Source: Podarcis muralis
Taxonomy: Eukaryota
Reading direction: 5' to 3'
NCBI RefSeq assembly: GCF_964188315.1
Contig: NC_135662.1
Span: forward strand, 48,608,001-48,672,000
Length of the DNA: 64,000 nt
Position numbers and translations under genes: made by a program. Positions 12,786 through 26,418 of the stretch are shown here, piece by piece (position 1 is the first letter of the stretch; the number at the start of each line of letters is the position of its first letter). The notes below the pieces were generated by a model. The model was not told the origin of the DNA. It searched no databases and was given only the letters and a program-made list of their open reading frames with translations.

Positions 12786-15304
12786 TGCCAGCAGTATGAT
12801 ATCACATGCACACAAAATAGGGTGGGGAAAATGCAGCAGTTTATTGACATTCTCTCACATTTACATTTTTTAAAAAAGATTAAATGTGTGCTGTAGAACA
12901 GGAGCAAGGAAAGGCAAATGTTCCCAAGAATTTTGAAAAACTTGTACAGGTATATGTGTACTAACACAGGTATATGTATATATGCAACTTCATAGCAGAT
13001 TTGCCAGCTAAAAGAAGAAGAAGCTAGATGAGTTAAATTGGATTGTGGGGGAGCCTACAGAGATCTTTAAAAAATAAAAATAAAAATCAGAAGTACTGTA
13101 TGTTTTAAAACAGATCACAAAATAGTGTGGGTACGTGGAACGGCAGTTTGTATCAGAAGCATATCCACCAGAACACAAAGATCATCCCACAGGTGCCAGA
13201 ATTGCACAAGAAACAAATATACCACCTGGCGGGGGCGGGGGGGGGGGAGATAGCATTTCCCCAGCTCCAAAATATAATGGTTTCTTTGTTAGGGGAAATG
13301 TGATATCCCTGTAAGGGAAGTTCAATAGTCAGCCTTGCTGTGTGCACTGTATAGGAAACAAAAGTGTATTTAATGCACAAAACTGATTGTGGGGAGAGTC
13401 CCTTGGAGACATGTGAGAATAACTTTGTCAGGGGAGGGGATGAGAGAACATGAAGTGTGGGGTTTTAAATCAAAAGGCTTGTGTGAGCCTTGACCATACT
13501 TCCTCCCCCCTTGCTCTGTTCTTTAGCATGGCCTTAAAGAAGAGATCAGGCACTTTTGCTCCCATCGTTACCTGACTACAACTTGTATTTTTCAAAGAAA
13601 CCTGGAATGTTCAAGAGACCAGGGGTAGCCAACATGGCTGCCTGCAGGAGTTGTTGGGAATTGTAGTCCATTAACATCTGCAGGGCACCATGTTGTCTAT
13701 GCCTGCTGTGGGCTATAATACAGACCCCATCCACACTATGCATTTAAAGTGATACCATACCACAGTAAGCAGCTATGCCCCCTCCCAGTATTCTGAGTTT
13801 GAGTACCACTTAGTGACTTGGTGCAGTGCACAAAATGGAATGGTTTTGTAGGGGGTTGGATGGTTTCAAAGTAGGAAAGGGAAGTAGGATGGTTAGGCCA
13901 GGCTCTATTTGTCTAAAAAGAAGTGGGTGGCATTTCACCCATCCTCACTTTAAGCATTTTTCTTTTGGGAGAAAAGAAAAAGTATAGCCAGGCCCATCTA
14001 TTTTAGCCAACTGTATGGTCTGTGCTATGGTATGTAGGTTTTTGTTTAATTTAGCCTTTGTAAGGGTGAAAATATAGCAGGGGAGAGCAAGCTTCTTTTC
14101 ATCACCAAGTTTGAACGAAAAAAACAAAGCACCCCACTTCCTTTATCAGTTAAAATGAGATCTCTCCCTTCCCTAATTTGGGGTTCAAAGAATTTGTTAT
14201 CTTATTCATGTATTTGTTCCATAACAAATCCTGTTAGTAAGTGACTAAGCTGAGATCTGCCAGAATGAGTGAAGATGTGGCAGATCTCCAGGTCAGCCAT
14301 CAAGTTCCCTGCTCAGCCAGGCTCTCTAGGTCCTCAACCCTCACTCAGCCAGAGATCCATGGGCATAACTTCCTCATCCTGGCTCAGCAAGGACTATAAT
14401 GAGACCAGTGGAGCTTACCCTGGCATGAACCTTAACAAGTAGGGAAGAGTGGCAGGTCTGGGCAGGGGGATCCTAACTCCATTTAGCTTGGTCACATGAC
14501 CTGGCAACCCAGCAGAAAACATGATGGCAAAAAAGGGTGGAATAAGTCAGTCAAACTCAATTTTAAAGGCTTATTTTCCAGGCTTAGGCTGACAGCAGCC
14601 ACAGTCCTGAACAGAGTTTGGATCTGGTGTACTTTATGCCAGCTTCCCATATTTAGGATTGTTCCCTTAACACATTAAGCAGGCCCCTAGGATAAAGAAC
14701 AGCCATCCTAAAAAATGTTTTTATAAAGATGCTGCTTAAAATTATTTCTCTTATGTTAAGTCTTCCCATCCATAAATAGAAGTCACTGTTCAAAATGCTG
14801 CTGCATGAATTTTTATGTGCTGGAACTTCTACAAGGGTTTGTATTTACAATATGATCTTTTGGCACACTACTGAAGCTACATTCAGAAAGATCTATAAAT
14901 AAAAGAAACTGAGAAGATTGAGTAACCACAAATACTGTACCATTTGACTTCCCTTCTTGTGAATATAGTATTTGGGGTTTAGATTAACAAATGCTTCAGT
15001 TTGTAGCCTTTTATTTACAGAGACTATGTGAATTTTGCCTGGAGAGGGAATATGTTAGAACTGGACCTAAAAGAGTGGATTAAATGTAGGTAAAGATTAA
15101 GCTGAAAAAGGGAGTTGTTATTTATAGAAGCAACATGGTATAGTAGTGCTGGGCATCAGTCTGGCAGTTGTTTTATAAGGTTGGATTAGTTTACTGCAGG
15201 CCTAGACAGGGTAGGGTAGCCTTCTCAGCCCCATTTGCATTTAAAGTAAGGGGTTTGATTTGTAATGTAACACATACAAATGGATGAGAGACGAACGTTT
15301 CTTC

Positions 15305-15478
15305 ATAGGAGAATAGGAAGCTGCTATGAAGACCATTGGTTCATGGGGCTCAATATTGTCTACTCTGGCTGGCAATGGCTTTCCAAGGTTTCAGCCAAGG
15401 AACATTCCCAGACCTACCTGGGCATGCCAAGGACCTGCTGCATGCAAGGCAGATGCTGTACCACTGAGCTACAGTCCT
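15305..15478 (-). mobile_element. tRNA-derived squamate SINE (Squam-like); related copies at about 35425-35562 (+) and 50015-50110 (-)
   Basis: The - strand reads GTAGCTCAGTGGTACAGCATCTGCCTTGCATGCAGCAGGTCC... and ends in GCAGCTTCCTAT. Confidence 0.65.
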
Positions 15479-15851
15479 TTCCCTATGCTGTGGTCCTTCA
15501 TTTTGCATCAGTGCATTCCATCACTTTGAAAAACTTTTCTGCCAAGTGAAATAAGGTGGTGGGAGGGCAAAGAGTTCAGCTCCCCTCAGCCTCATATTCT
15601 GTATTGAAATTAGACACTGCCCCTCCAATCAAGAACAGTTAAGACACGGAAAAAGTCCAGTTCATGCTTGTGAAGAACAGCATTGGCTGCACCTGACATA
15701 TCTAGTTGGACCATTATTCATCTGGTCCAAAATGACACAGTAGCTGTCTCCTTCAACTCTTAAGTCACTTTCCCCAAGACTTTATTTATGCAGCAGAAGT
15801 TTTAGGCATATCATATGAATGGTATCCAAGGTTTCCTAACATCCTGTAAAG

Positions 15852-16162
15852 CAGGGTGGGAAACCTCTGGCCCATGGATGTGACACAGTCTCTGGGGCCT
15901 CACTGTTTAGACTGTGCTCCCTCTTGTGCCACTCCCTCTTCCACCCCCTATGACTAGCTGCTCTGCATGTTGGCAAGGAAGAGAGGCAGCTGGGGAGGAA
16001 GAATTGCATGAATGGACATGCATTTGAATGGGTGGGTATGTGTGGGTGAGAAGGGGAGAGAGAGTGGGGTGGCTCTGGCCCCACCCACTTTTGGTTTTGG
16101 CCCCATAACACTGCTTGCACATGGTCCCTGACGGATTGAGTAGGGGAGGTTTCTCACCTCTG
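15852..16162. mobile_element. hAT-type MITE (311 bp)
   Basis: Ends CAGGGTGGGAAACCT / AGGTTTCTCACCTCTG. 8-bp TSD CTGTAAAG / CTATAAAG. Confidence 0.75.
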
Positions 16163-18383
16163 CTATAAAGAATATGAAATTTCCCATGAAATCACCAAAT
16201 AGCATATAAAATGTCAAATACATTTTATTAAATTTATTTGTTGAATTTATATACCTTTTTGCCAAAGTGTAGATAAGATCCTGAGTGATAGCCAACTAAG
16301 TTAGAGTAGATGCATTCATTTCAATGGGTTTATTGATGAATGTGGCTAACGGTGGATATTACCTGGTGTATACTGTATTGTAGAGTCTTTTTTTTTTTTT
16401 TGGCACAGTAAGAATATCTAGAATTGATGGTGATTATTTAAAAACATATATATCAAAGGCTATGCCTTACTTCTTTGGGAAGGGTTTGCCCTTCTCTTGC
16501 ATCTTAAATGTATTAGTCATGAGGAAAAGGAGATAAATCTAACCTTAGGCATCAGAATAACATCGACAATCTGCAAATGCTGGGGCAGTCAGCTGCTAGA
16601 GTGAGAATTCAGCCTGGTAAACAATGGCTGTGGGTCTATCTTCTTAGCCACAGCTGTGGCTCTGCTGAAACATGGCATTGTCCAGAGGAAGCAGAGTGAA
16701 TATATATATATATATATATACCCCCAACTGTTTAAAACTGGGAGCAATTTGAAAACACATTGACACTCTTAAGAGCTCTGGAATTTTTTTTATTGGCTTT
16801 ACATGCATGACCTTTCAGAGGGTTTCATTGTACAAAAACAATATTACCAAAAAGCCTGAAGATCCATAATAAATAAATACGCTTCTAACCATAAACGTTG
16901 TAACTGGTACAAATGGTGACATGAGCATGAGAATATTGATGTGTATAGTTATTTTGGATCCCCCCCCCCCCCCCGAGATTAAAAACATTAGAGTAATTTA
17001 AAGAATGGAGAGATTAGTATTCAGAAGTTTCCTAGGGCAAATGTATAGTACTGAGTCTTCTTTAAAAAGAGAAGAAAAGAAATATATAAGCTCTGGCTGA
17101 AGCTGCCACTGGTTCAAACCCTTTGAAGCCCCTTAAGTAGCAGAAATGAATAGCATCTTCTGCATCACAGCAGTGCCCTTCTTTCTTTTTTTACAACAGT
17201 CACTCTCATGAATTTTTATAAGCTTTGCATTTTTCAAAAGCAGACACAATCTCAACACACTTTCCCCACCGCATGTTTATTTTCACCATAGTGTAGATTT
17301 ACATGTTGGTTTTTTCTGTTTATGTTGACATAAGTGTGGTGAATCTTGTTAATAATAAGGTCACTGCAAAACAAAAGAGCATAAATAACTGTGTGTGCGG
17401 TACTGCAACAGTAGTGTGTGTGTTAGGCATGACAGATCTTCTAGTTTTTTTCGATTTTAAGCTTCCATCTGGTTTGACTGTTATTAAATAGTAAGGATAC
17501 TTTGCCTCACTCTTTCTGCCCTTCCCACAATATCTTTGAGCAGACCTTGGTTCAGTGGGTTTATCAAGGAAACACAGCAAAGAATTTGCCAAGCATTGCT
17601 GCTCAGCAGTTTCCATTCAGTTCAATAGGGCTTGAAGGGCAGCCCAGCCCCAGCCTGATTAAATAGAATGGCAGCTGTGCACTCACATTATGGTCAGGTT
17701 GATTGTCGCAAAGTACTAAGCATTTAGATGGCAGTCCTATGCTCAGTTATGCTTCAGAGGGACTGGGGCTGCCATCCCTAAGCACCAGGGACTAAGCCTC
17801 ACTAAGCTTGTTGGGCTTTATTACTGAGTAACAGGCATAGGGTTGTGTTGCACTCTGTGTTTGCCAAGTGGATTCAGGATCTCAGACATAATGTGGATCT
17901 TATTTGCTATCCTGAAGGGGGATCTTTTGATGATCTTGATGTCATAGAAACCATGCTCTGTGAAGAATGCTTGTGAGTGGAAAATGACTGTTAATGACAT
18001 TTCCAAACATAGATCCCAAAGTTTGACACCTACTGTAATAACATAAATAAAAGTGACCTAATTTCACTTTCTGTTTATTTGCACTGATGCTGAGCAACCA
18101 TATGCACCCACTGCCAAAGCTAATTATTCCTCCTGTATTTAAGGGTTTACACCAGACCTTATTTGAGTTACTATGGGAGTCTATAAATTTGCAGCCACTC
18201 GAAGGATAGGTGTTTAAATATTACTGAGAGCGTTTCAGCATTCACCAAGCATAACTTTCTTGATTATCGCATTAAAAGTACTGTACTAATGGAAAGGACA
18301 GTTCCCTGCCCCCTTCTGTCTCAGTGGGTTTTTTTTTAAGTGGATTTGTTGTGCCAGAGTTCTTTAGTCCACTTGTGCAAACC

Positions 18384-18567
18384 CAGTGCTTTTTTTTTTC
18401 AAAAAAAAAAAAAAAAAGGTTAGGGGTAGTCTCATTTTAATTCAAGAAAATTACTGTTTTATAGTTTAAATTGAGAAAAATAAATACAGTAAATGGACAA
18501 AAGTACAAAGATTCACAAAATGTTTAGCGGTATGCGTACCCCTGAGCACCCCCAGGAAAAAGCACTG
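18384..18567. mobile_element. hAT-type MITE (184 bp)
   Basis: TIR CAGTGCTTTTT / AAAAAGCACTG. 8-bp TSD TGCAAACC / TGAAAACC. Confidence 0.8.
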
Positions 18568-18588
18568 TGAAAACCTATGTGTGTGTAT

Positions 18589-18589
<1 letters not shown>

Positions 18590-18623
<34 letters not shown>
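18590..18623. repeat. (CA)n microsatellite
   Basis: Read directly. Confidence 0.9.
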
Positions 18624-18626
<3 letters not shown>

Positions 18627-18635
18627 GCTATCCTG

Positions 18636-18954
18636 CAGGGGCGCCAACTTAGGCCACAGATTATGGCTCCCTAATTGCACCCGTGATGTAACAGTGTCAT
18701 GACATCATGACATAAGATTACATCAACGCACTGCAGCGGCATTTCTGAGGTCTTGCGGCACCTTGGAGATCACGTATGAGGTCTCGCGAGACCTCCGACA
18801 GAACTTCCGGTTTGTACCAGAAGTTGCGTCCTGATGTTTCCTCGGGGGTCGCGTCTGGCTTCTGACGCGACTTCCGGTACAAACCGGAAGTCATGTAAGA
18901 GCCTGTGCTGTGGGGTGCCCAGGCCCCCAGGGCCCCCTATAGTTGGCACCTATG
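18636..18954. mobile_element. hAT-type MITE (319 bp), CpG-rich, with internal palindromes
   Basis: Ends CAGGGGCGCCAACT / AGTTGGCACCTATG. 8-bp TSD CTATCCTG / CTATCCTT. Confidence 0.8.
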
Positions 18955-19421
18955 CTATCCTTAAAGAATTATAGGTGTAGACGTGTACTTGAAAAATATC
19001 CAGTAGGCAGAACTGCTTGGTTTTGCTCCTCTTTAAAGAGGCCAATGAACTGCAAATTGAAGGTATCTAAATCTTTGTTGGAAGCCTTTATGTGAGAACT
19101 AATCTTATTTCTGCTTTCCATCATCCATTTTCTTTTTAAACACAGAGCTAGGTTAATAATAGAATAGTTGGTGTCCCAGGAGTCATCCTCCAGCAAGTTA
19201 ATGGCCTATCCACTGAGCCTGAAGACCTGCTTATAAAGGTTTTAGCTTGAGAGATTCAGGTATATACAGATTAGATTAATAGGAATGAGTTTTTTTAAAA
19301 AAGGATATTCTTTTCTAGAAGAAATGTACTGTATTGCAAACTTTAGCAAAAAATATATATTCTTAGAAAGCATAGTATTTTAGTTTCAAATTTGGAAGCT
19401 TGTATGTGTGTATATGTAAGG

Positions 19422-19557
19422 CAGTGATGGCCAAACTTGGCCCTCCAGTTGTTTTGGGACTACAACTCCCAGAATCCCTAGCTAACAGGACCAGTGGTCA
19501 GGGATGGTGGGAGTTGTAGTCCCAAAACAGCTGGAGGGCCAAGTTTGGCCATCACTA
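19422..19557. mobile_element. Palindromic hAT-Charlie-like MITE (about 136 bp); related copies at about 35152-35287, 35712-35805, 13620-13705 and 61670-61730
   Basis: TIR CAGTGATGGCCAAACTT / AAGTTTGGCCATCACT, near-perfect foldback. TSD ATGTAAGG / GTGTAAGG. Confidence 0.82.
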
Positions 19558-19572
19558 GTGTAAGGAAACATA

Positions 19573-19924
19573 AAAAAGTAAAGGAACCTCTGACCATTAG
19601 GTCCAGTCGTGGCCGACTCTGGGGTTGCGGTGCTCATCTCGCTTTATTGGCCGAGGGAGCCGGCGTACAGCTTCCGGGTCATGTGGCCAGCATGACTAAG
19701 CCGCTTCTGGCGAACCAGAACAGCACACGGAAACGCCGTTTACTTTCCCGCTGGAGCGGTACCTATTTATCTACTTGCACTTTGATGTGCTTTTGAACTG
19801 CTAGGTTGGCAGGAGCAGGGACTGAGCGACAGGAGCTCACCCCGTCGCGGGGATTCGAACCGCCGACCTTCTGATTGGCAAGTCCTAGGCTCTGTGGTTT
19901 AACCCACAGCGCCACCCGCATCCC
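19573..19924 (-). mobile_element. Sauria SINE (Squam1-type), full length
   Basis: tRNA-like head (GGGATGCGGGTGGCGCTGTGGGTTAAACC on the - strand) and Bov-B-like tail. 13-bp TSD GTAAGGAAACATA at 19560-19572 and 19925-19937. Confidence 0.92.
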
Positions 19925-20227
19925 GTAAGGAAACATAGCAGCACAATAAACAAGGAGTTTCAACTTCATATGAACTGATTTTACAGCTTTGATATATAAC
20001 TTTTGCTGTTCCTATTATTTCTGAAGAGGTAAGTTACAACTGGTATTAGTTTGCAAGATCAACATGAGCTTGATGTTGCTTGCAAGATCATTTCAACAGG
20101 ATTCTCCTTGTCTGTTGCACAGCAAATAGGCACTGTGCAGCAGTTGTGAGTGCTGGATTACTCCTATCATATCTTGATGTGTGTCTTGATGGGGAGGGAG
20201 CAGAATCACTTTTTTGATATCTGATAG

Positions 20228-20608
<381 letters not shown>

Positions 20609-20718
20609 TAAAAGCCTGTCACATTTCACAGCTGTGTCTGAGTATTTGGTGGGGGGAATGGTTTCTGTGAAAGCAATCTGGCACAGGCAGATCTAAAGAC
20701 TAATGGAAGTTTTTGCTG

Positions 20719-20768
<50 letters not shown>

Positions 20769-21546
20769 TTATTATTTATACCTCGCCCATCTGGCTGAGT
20801 TTCCCCACCCACTCTGGGCGGCTCCCAATCAAGTGTTAAAAACAGTACAGCGTTAAATATTAAAAACTACCCTGAACAGGGCTGCCTTAAGATGTCTTTT
20901 AAAGATAGGATTGCTGCTTATTTCCTTCACATCTGAAGGGAGGGTGTTCCACAAGGTGGGCGCCACTACCGAGAAGGCCCTCTGTCTGGTTCCCTGTAAC
21001 CTCACTTCTCGCAATGAGGGTACCGCCAGAAGGCCCTCGGTGCTGGATCTCAGTGTCCTGGCTGAACAATGGGGATGGAGACGCTCCTTCAGGTATACAG
21101 GACCGAGACCATTTAGGGCTTTAAAGGTCAGCACCAACACTTTGAATTGTGCTCAGAAACATACTGGGAGCCAATGTAGATCTCTCAGAACCGGTGTTAT
21201 GTGGTCTCGGCGGCTGCTTTCAGTCACCAGTCTAGCTGCCGCATTCTGGATTAATTGCAGTTGGGTCACCTTCAAAGGTAGAGCCCGTTGCAGTAGTCCA
21301 AGCGGGAGATAACTAGAGCATGCACCACTCTGGCGAGACAGTCTGCGGGCAGGTAGGGTCTTAGCCTGCGTACCAGGTGGAGCTGGTAGACAGCTGCCCT
21401 GGTCACAGAATTAACCTGTGCCTTTCGACCCATTCAGGACCAGGGAATCCCCCACACCCGCCCACCGCCTGTCCTCAAAAAACAGTACTTCTGTGTTGTC
21501 AGGATTCAACCTCAATCTGTTAGCCGCCATCCATCCTCCAACCTCC
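20719..21546 (-). mobile_element. L2-clade LINE 3' fragment with an (AAT)n microsatellite tail
   Basis: The - strand encodes LVLTFKALNGLGPVYLKERL...RAFSVVAPTLWNTLP, a typical L2 ORF2 C-terminus. About 16 AAT units at 20719-20768. Confidence 0.88.
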
Positions 21547-21754
21547 TATGTGAAGCATAGCAGACCTTGTCCTGAAGAACTATCTGTCTCACTTCTCAGG
21601 AACCCCACTGTCAGGCAGTAAGGACCAAGGCATTTCAGAGTGCACATAGGAGAATCACACTTGCTATAAGAAGACATACAGGAATCAGCTAGGGCGCATC
21701 CATAGGAGGGTGACTGGGATGGTGAGGGATTTTGGAAATCAAGCCCCATGTTGA

Positions 21755-22095
21755 ATGGTTGAAAGCGCTGGGTATGTTCAGCTGGAGAAGAGAACATTAA
21801 GGGGGAGAAAGAGCTGTAAAATATCTGAAGGGAAGCCTCTCAGAAGATGGAACAGACATGTCCTCTGATCCAAAGGGCAGGACTATAACTAACAGGTGGA
21901 AATTGTTAGAAAGCAGATTTTGGCTAAAATGTCAGGATAAACTTCCTGATGGTAATAGTTGTATGACAGTGGAACAGAGACTGCCTTGGGAGGTGTTGGG
22001 TTCTTCTTCACAAGAGGTATTTAAGTAGAGGGCACCTGTCAGTTACAAAATTTCTATGTTAAGCAGGAAATTGGACTAGATGACATTCAACTCTA
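21755..22095 (+). mobile_element. Old CR1 3' fragment
   Basis: CTGGGTATGTTCAGCTGGAGAAGAGA ... TTGGACTAGATGAC, typical CR1 3' end motifs. Confidence 0.7.
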
Positions 22096-22592
22096 TATTC
22101 CTCAAAACTCTAAATTATATGCTTTGAATATTCCCTGCATCTGGAAACCTAGCATTTTATGAGGAGGTGTAGGCTATGAAACCCTCCCAATGAAATACTA
22201 ACTTTTCACCTGAAAGGAGCCTTGGTTGTTCAGGAGCAATCAAACAGGCTTCACTCACATTCTGAAGTACGGGACTGATTTAAGATGTATACACAATAGA
22301 TGCATCCAAACTGAGCCATGTTTCCCACTGCCTAAACTGAAAATTCCCTAATTCTCCAAATTGTGCTAATCATGTGTGCAACTTGGTTTTCAGAAGACTT
22401 TCTGTCTTCAGTATGTACACTTGATCTGTAAAAAAGAGATTTATATACATATCTGTGCTGTGCTTGTTAAAAAAAGGGGGGGAGATAGAGTTTTAGGTAT
22501 GCTTAATCTAATTAATGAAATTATTTGTTATTTAATGCTATAATACCCTAAAATTGTATGCTAGTATTATAACGTAGACTTAGTTAATGATA

Positions 22593-22959
22593 AAAAAAGG
22601 TAAAGGACCCCTGACAGTTAAGTCCAGTCGCGGACAACTCTGAGGTTGCGGTGCTCATTTCGCTTTACTAGCCGAGGGAGCTGGTGTTTGTCCGCAGACA
22701 GTTTTTCCGGGTCATGTGGCCAGCATGACCAAGCCGCTTCTGGTGAAACCAGAGCAGTGCACGGAAACGCCGTTTAGCTTCCTGCCGGAGTGGTACCTAT
22801 TTCTCTACTTGCACTTTGACATGCTTTCGAACTGCTAGGTTGGCAGGAGCTGGGACCAAACAATGGGAGCTCATCCTGTCGCGGGGATTCGAACCGCCAA
22901 CCTTCCAATTGGCAAGCCCTAGGCTCAGTGATTTAGACCACAGTGCCACCCACGTCCCC
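22593..22959 (-). mobile_element. Sauria SINE, full length
   Basis: Same family as the 19573 copy. 12-bp TSD TAGTTAATGATA at 22581-22592 and 22960-22971. Confidence 0.92.
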
Positions 22960-22989
22960 TAGTTAATGATACTGATTAATTATTTCCAG

Positions 22990-23450
22990 AGCTGTTAGTC
23001 TCTTGCAGCAAAAATAATAAAGATTTTTGTGGTACCTTAAAGACTAACTTTTTTTTAATGGCATCTGATTTTGTGGAGTATAATCTACAACTTCAGGAGG
23101 CAGTGAGGGGGGTTGTTAATGGTGAGAGTCAGAAGGTAATGAAATGCAGAAAAGTGCAGGCAGTGATAATTACATTATTAGCAAGTGGCCTTTCACAAAA
23201 AGACAGTTTATGCTAATAACACAGACATCCTGGTATTGGTAAACCAATTAACACATCTAGTGGGTTAAAAATCTATTGTGCCAATTCACTTTACAAGTGA
23301 TAGCACTGAAGTTCTTGATGATGTGCTATCTGTATTATAGAATGGCCAATTTAAAGTAAGCTGCAGAATGTCCTGGCAGGTTTAAATGCCCCTCCATTGA
23401 TCTCCATCCATTTCTGCTGTCAGGAAAGCTTTTACACCTTAAGTTATTAT
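22990..23450 (-). mobile_element. Degenerate Penelope-like element fragment
   Basis: GTTAGTCT...GGTACCTTAAAGACTAAC...GCATCTGATTTTGTGG resembles the Penelope pseudo-LTR common in reptiles. The hammerhead core is decayed. Confidence 0.5.
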
Positions 23451-23546
23451 GCATTTATATTTTCAATTTTGTTAATGGAAAATGTTTTTAAGACTGCTAC
23501 TGCTGTTGCTACTACAAGATATGTTTGTATACTCTTTTTTGAATAG

Positions 23547-23717
<171 letters not shown>

Positions 23718-25111
23718 TGATGAGAGATAACTAATGAGAGGCTTGCTAGTAAAAGAAATCTGAAATGCATTTGAAACAAAACTCACTGATAATATAATTC
23801 CAGCCAACAAAATACCTGTCACTTTATACCTGTGAGTGACAGCATCCCCCAACTTGGTTTTTTGCTTTGTCCAATAGCCTCTGTATTCTAGAAATCCATT
23901 GTTTCTGACTCAGAGATCCTCTGGTGCATCAGAGGGCTACATGCTTCTTGGCTTCATGTGAGACCTTATTTCTCCCAACCACCAAGCAGATTATTGGTGC
24001 CGTTAGTGCGTTGTGTGAATGGGTTGTCCTTACTATGTAGGAATTTGTTTCTATAATGCTTGCTTTTCTCACATTTGAAAGTTATTCGTCATATTTAATG
24101 TTCCTGTGGGAGGACTGAATACATCTGGAGGATTTAAATCAGAGATGTTAATTGAGACATGTATGGCTAAGCTTCTGTTTAATACCTCATTGAAATCTGG
24201 GGTGGGGTGGGGGATGCTGCCAAGCAGTAGAGAACTGGCTTTATGTACAAGTAAGAGTTTGTATTAGAAAATTATTTACATTGTACATCCAGCCATAGAG
24301 TACTTGTTCTTTTATTTGGTATCTAAATAACTATTATAATTAAATTAAATTGTACAAAGGGATGATTGCATGACTGGATGAAAGAAAATGAAATCCAAGC
24401 ACAGTTTCTTGTCATTACATGGTCTTGTATGGTGTAGCATCCTTCCTCTTGTGCCAGCACAGATCGTTTTGGCAAATACAGTCTTGGGTTGTTTTAAAAC
24501 CAGATTGTCATGGGACATTTAGACACACTCAAAAACTAGCCGTGACTTATTTATTTTAATCTTTCAAACAATACTTAAGAGAAGTAGCATGCTCAGGTCT
24601 TCTATTCTATAAATTGGGCAAAACATACTTAATTTCTTTGTGCATTATGGTTAAAAGAAAAGCTGGGTTTTGCTGAAGCTCTTGATCAATAGACCTGAAT
24701 ATGCTTACTTAGTTTATTTGAAAAAAAATCCTGCCTCTAAACTTTAACTTCCAGGGAATGTACAACATCATTAAAACCTATATAATAAGCCAAATAAACA
24801 AACCAACAACAGGAGAGTCAGCAGTTAAAAACAGTCAACACAATAAAGCTTTTTAAAAGACATAAGAACAGCAGAACAAATATTTATAACACCAGTAAAA
24901 ATACACTTAAAATTTTCTATAAACAGCACTGAACTCAGCTGACATTCATTAAAAATGATTATGGACAGAGGGAGCCCCTTAATAATTCAGGCACCACAAC
25001 TGAAAAGGCCCTGTATCATGTCACCTCCTATGTCACATTCAAAGGTGGGGATATTCTTAACAAGGCATCTGATGAAGATCTTGATAAAGGGCAGGTTCAG
25101 ATGAAATCCAT

Positions 25112-25260
25112 ATTGATAGCTCAGCTGGCAGAGCATGAGACTCTTGATCTCAGGTTCATGGGTTCAAGCCCCACATTGGGCAAAAGATTCCTGCATTGCA
25201 GACCCCTGGACTAGATGAACCTGGTGGTCTCTTCCAACTCCAAAATTCTATGATTCTATG
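25112..25260 (+). mobile_element. tRNA-Lys(CTT)-derived SINE with CR1-type 3' tail
   Basis: Head GATAGCTCAGCTGGCAGAGCATGAGACTCTTGATCTCAGG...GGGTTCAAGCCCCACATTGGGC resembles tRNA-Lys-CTT. It is followed by TGGACTAGATGA...TTCCAACTC...TTCTATGATTCTATG. Confidence 0.8.
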
Positions 25261-26418
25261 TCTTTGTCAACTGTTTGCCTACTGTACCATAGCAAGATAT
25301 TTATTATTAACCACACTTTGTGCAGCTTGTATGACAGAAAAAACAAGAAGAATTGTTGTATTCACTTAGTAATAAAATGAAGGGAAAAAAAGTAAAAAGC
25401 AAGATATGTGAGTCTGTAAAATGAAGCACTTATATAAAACCAGGGAATGGAGGAACTGAAATATAGTACTTACATGTTTGATTTCCAAAGGCATTTGTCA
25501 AAGAAGGTGAGTGACAAAGTACAGAAACCAGTGTTATTCAGTCTTTATTTTAGTTGTTATATTGGCATGGCACATTTGTGCCTGCTGTGACACTGAAGGT
25601 TGCTCACAAAAGGTAAAAATATCTAGCGCAAAAAATGCAACAATAAAAACAATAAGGAGCAAATGAAAACTAGACATATAGATGGATGAAACTATAAAAG
25701 CTTGACTGAGCAGAACAATAACAGAATAAGCAATCACATTTACATTATTACCTAGTAACTAATACAATGAAGAGAAAGCTCAGGTGAAGATGAGAGCCTT
25801 CATCTGGCAACTCATAAAATAATAAAGTACGTGTTGGGCACATCTACCAAGGGAAGGAGTTTCACAGTTGGAGTCCAACTGCTGAGGTAGCCCAGATAGA
25901 TCACTACTTATCCTCTCAAGGTGGTGAAATGTAAGGACAGGCTTCCCATAATTAGCTCAGCTGCTGGGCTGGTTTGTATGGGAAGAAATCAGTATTCCAA
26001 ATACATTTACTCTGGACTGTTTGGGGCTTTAAATGTTAAAAAAAAATATAGTGAGTTGAATTATGTCCATGGTTAAACTGGAAAACAGTGAAGCTTTCTT
26101 AATTCAGTATGTTCATTGTGACATGACTGGCTGTACGTCTACTTAGTTTCCAGATGGTAGTCTTGGAGTTGGATCCAGAAAACTGTTCAAGCACAATCTG
26201 TCGGTTTCCGACAGCACAATGACTTATTGACATGGAGAGATCTCTGTGGGGAGTGATGTGCAGTGAGCTGTAGAGCCGCTAGGTTTAGATACAGTAAACA
26301 AGGAATTTGTATCTTACGTTTCTTGAGAATTCTTATATACCACTTTATGGTCCTGAGAGGTTCTCCAATTGGCTTACAAAATATTTTCATAATAAAAATC
26401 ACTTTTAATTACATATGG

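Noticed and set aside
23061-23096. Active hammerhead ribozyme in the Penelope-like fragment
   Set aside because: The - strand reads CTGAAGTTG...CCACAAAAT instead of the required CUGANGA...GAAA core.
25112-25185. tRNA-Lys-CTT gene
   Set aside because: The acceptor stem and loops are degenerate and it runs straight into a CR1-type tail, so it is a SINE head rather than a functional tRNA.
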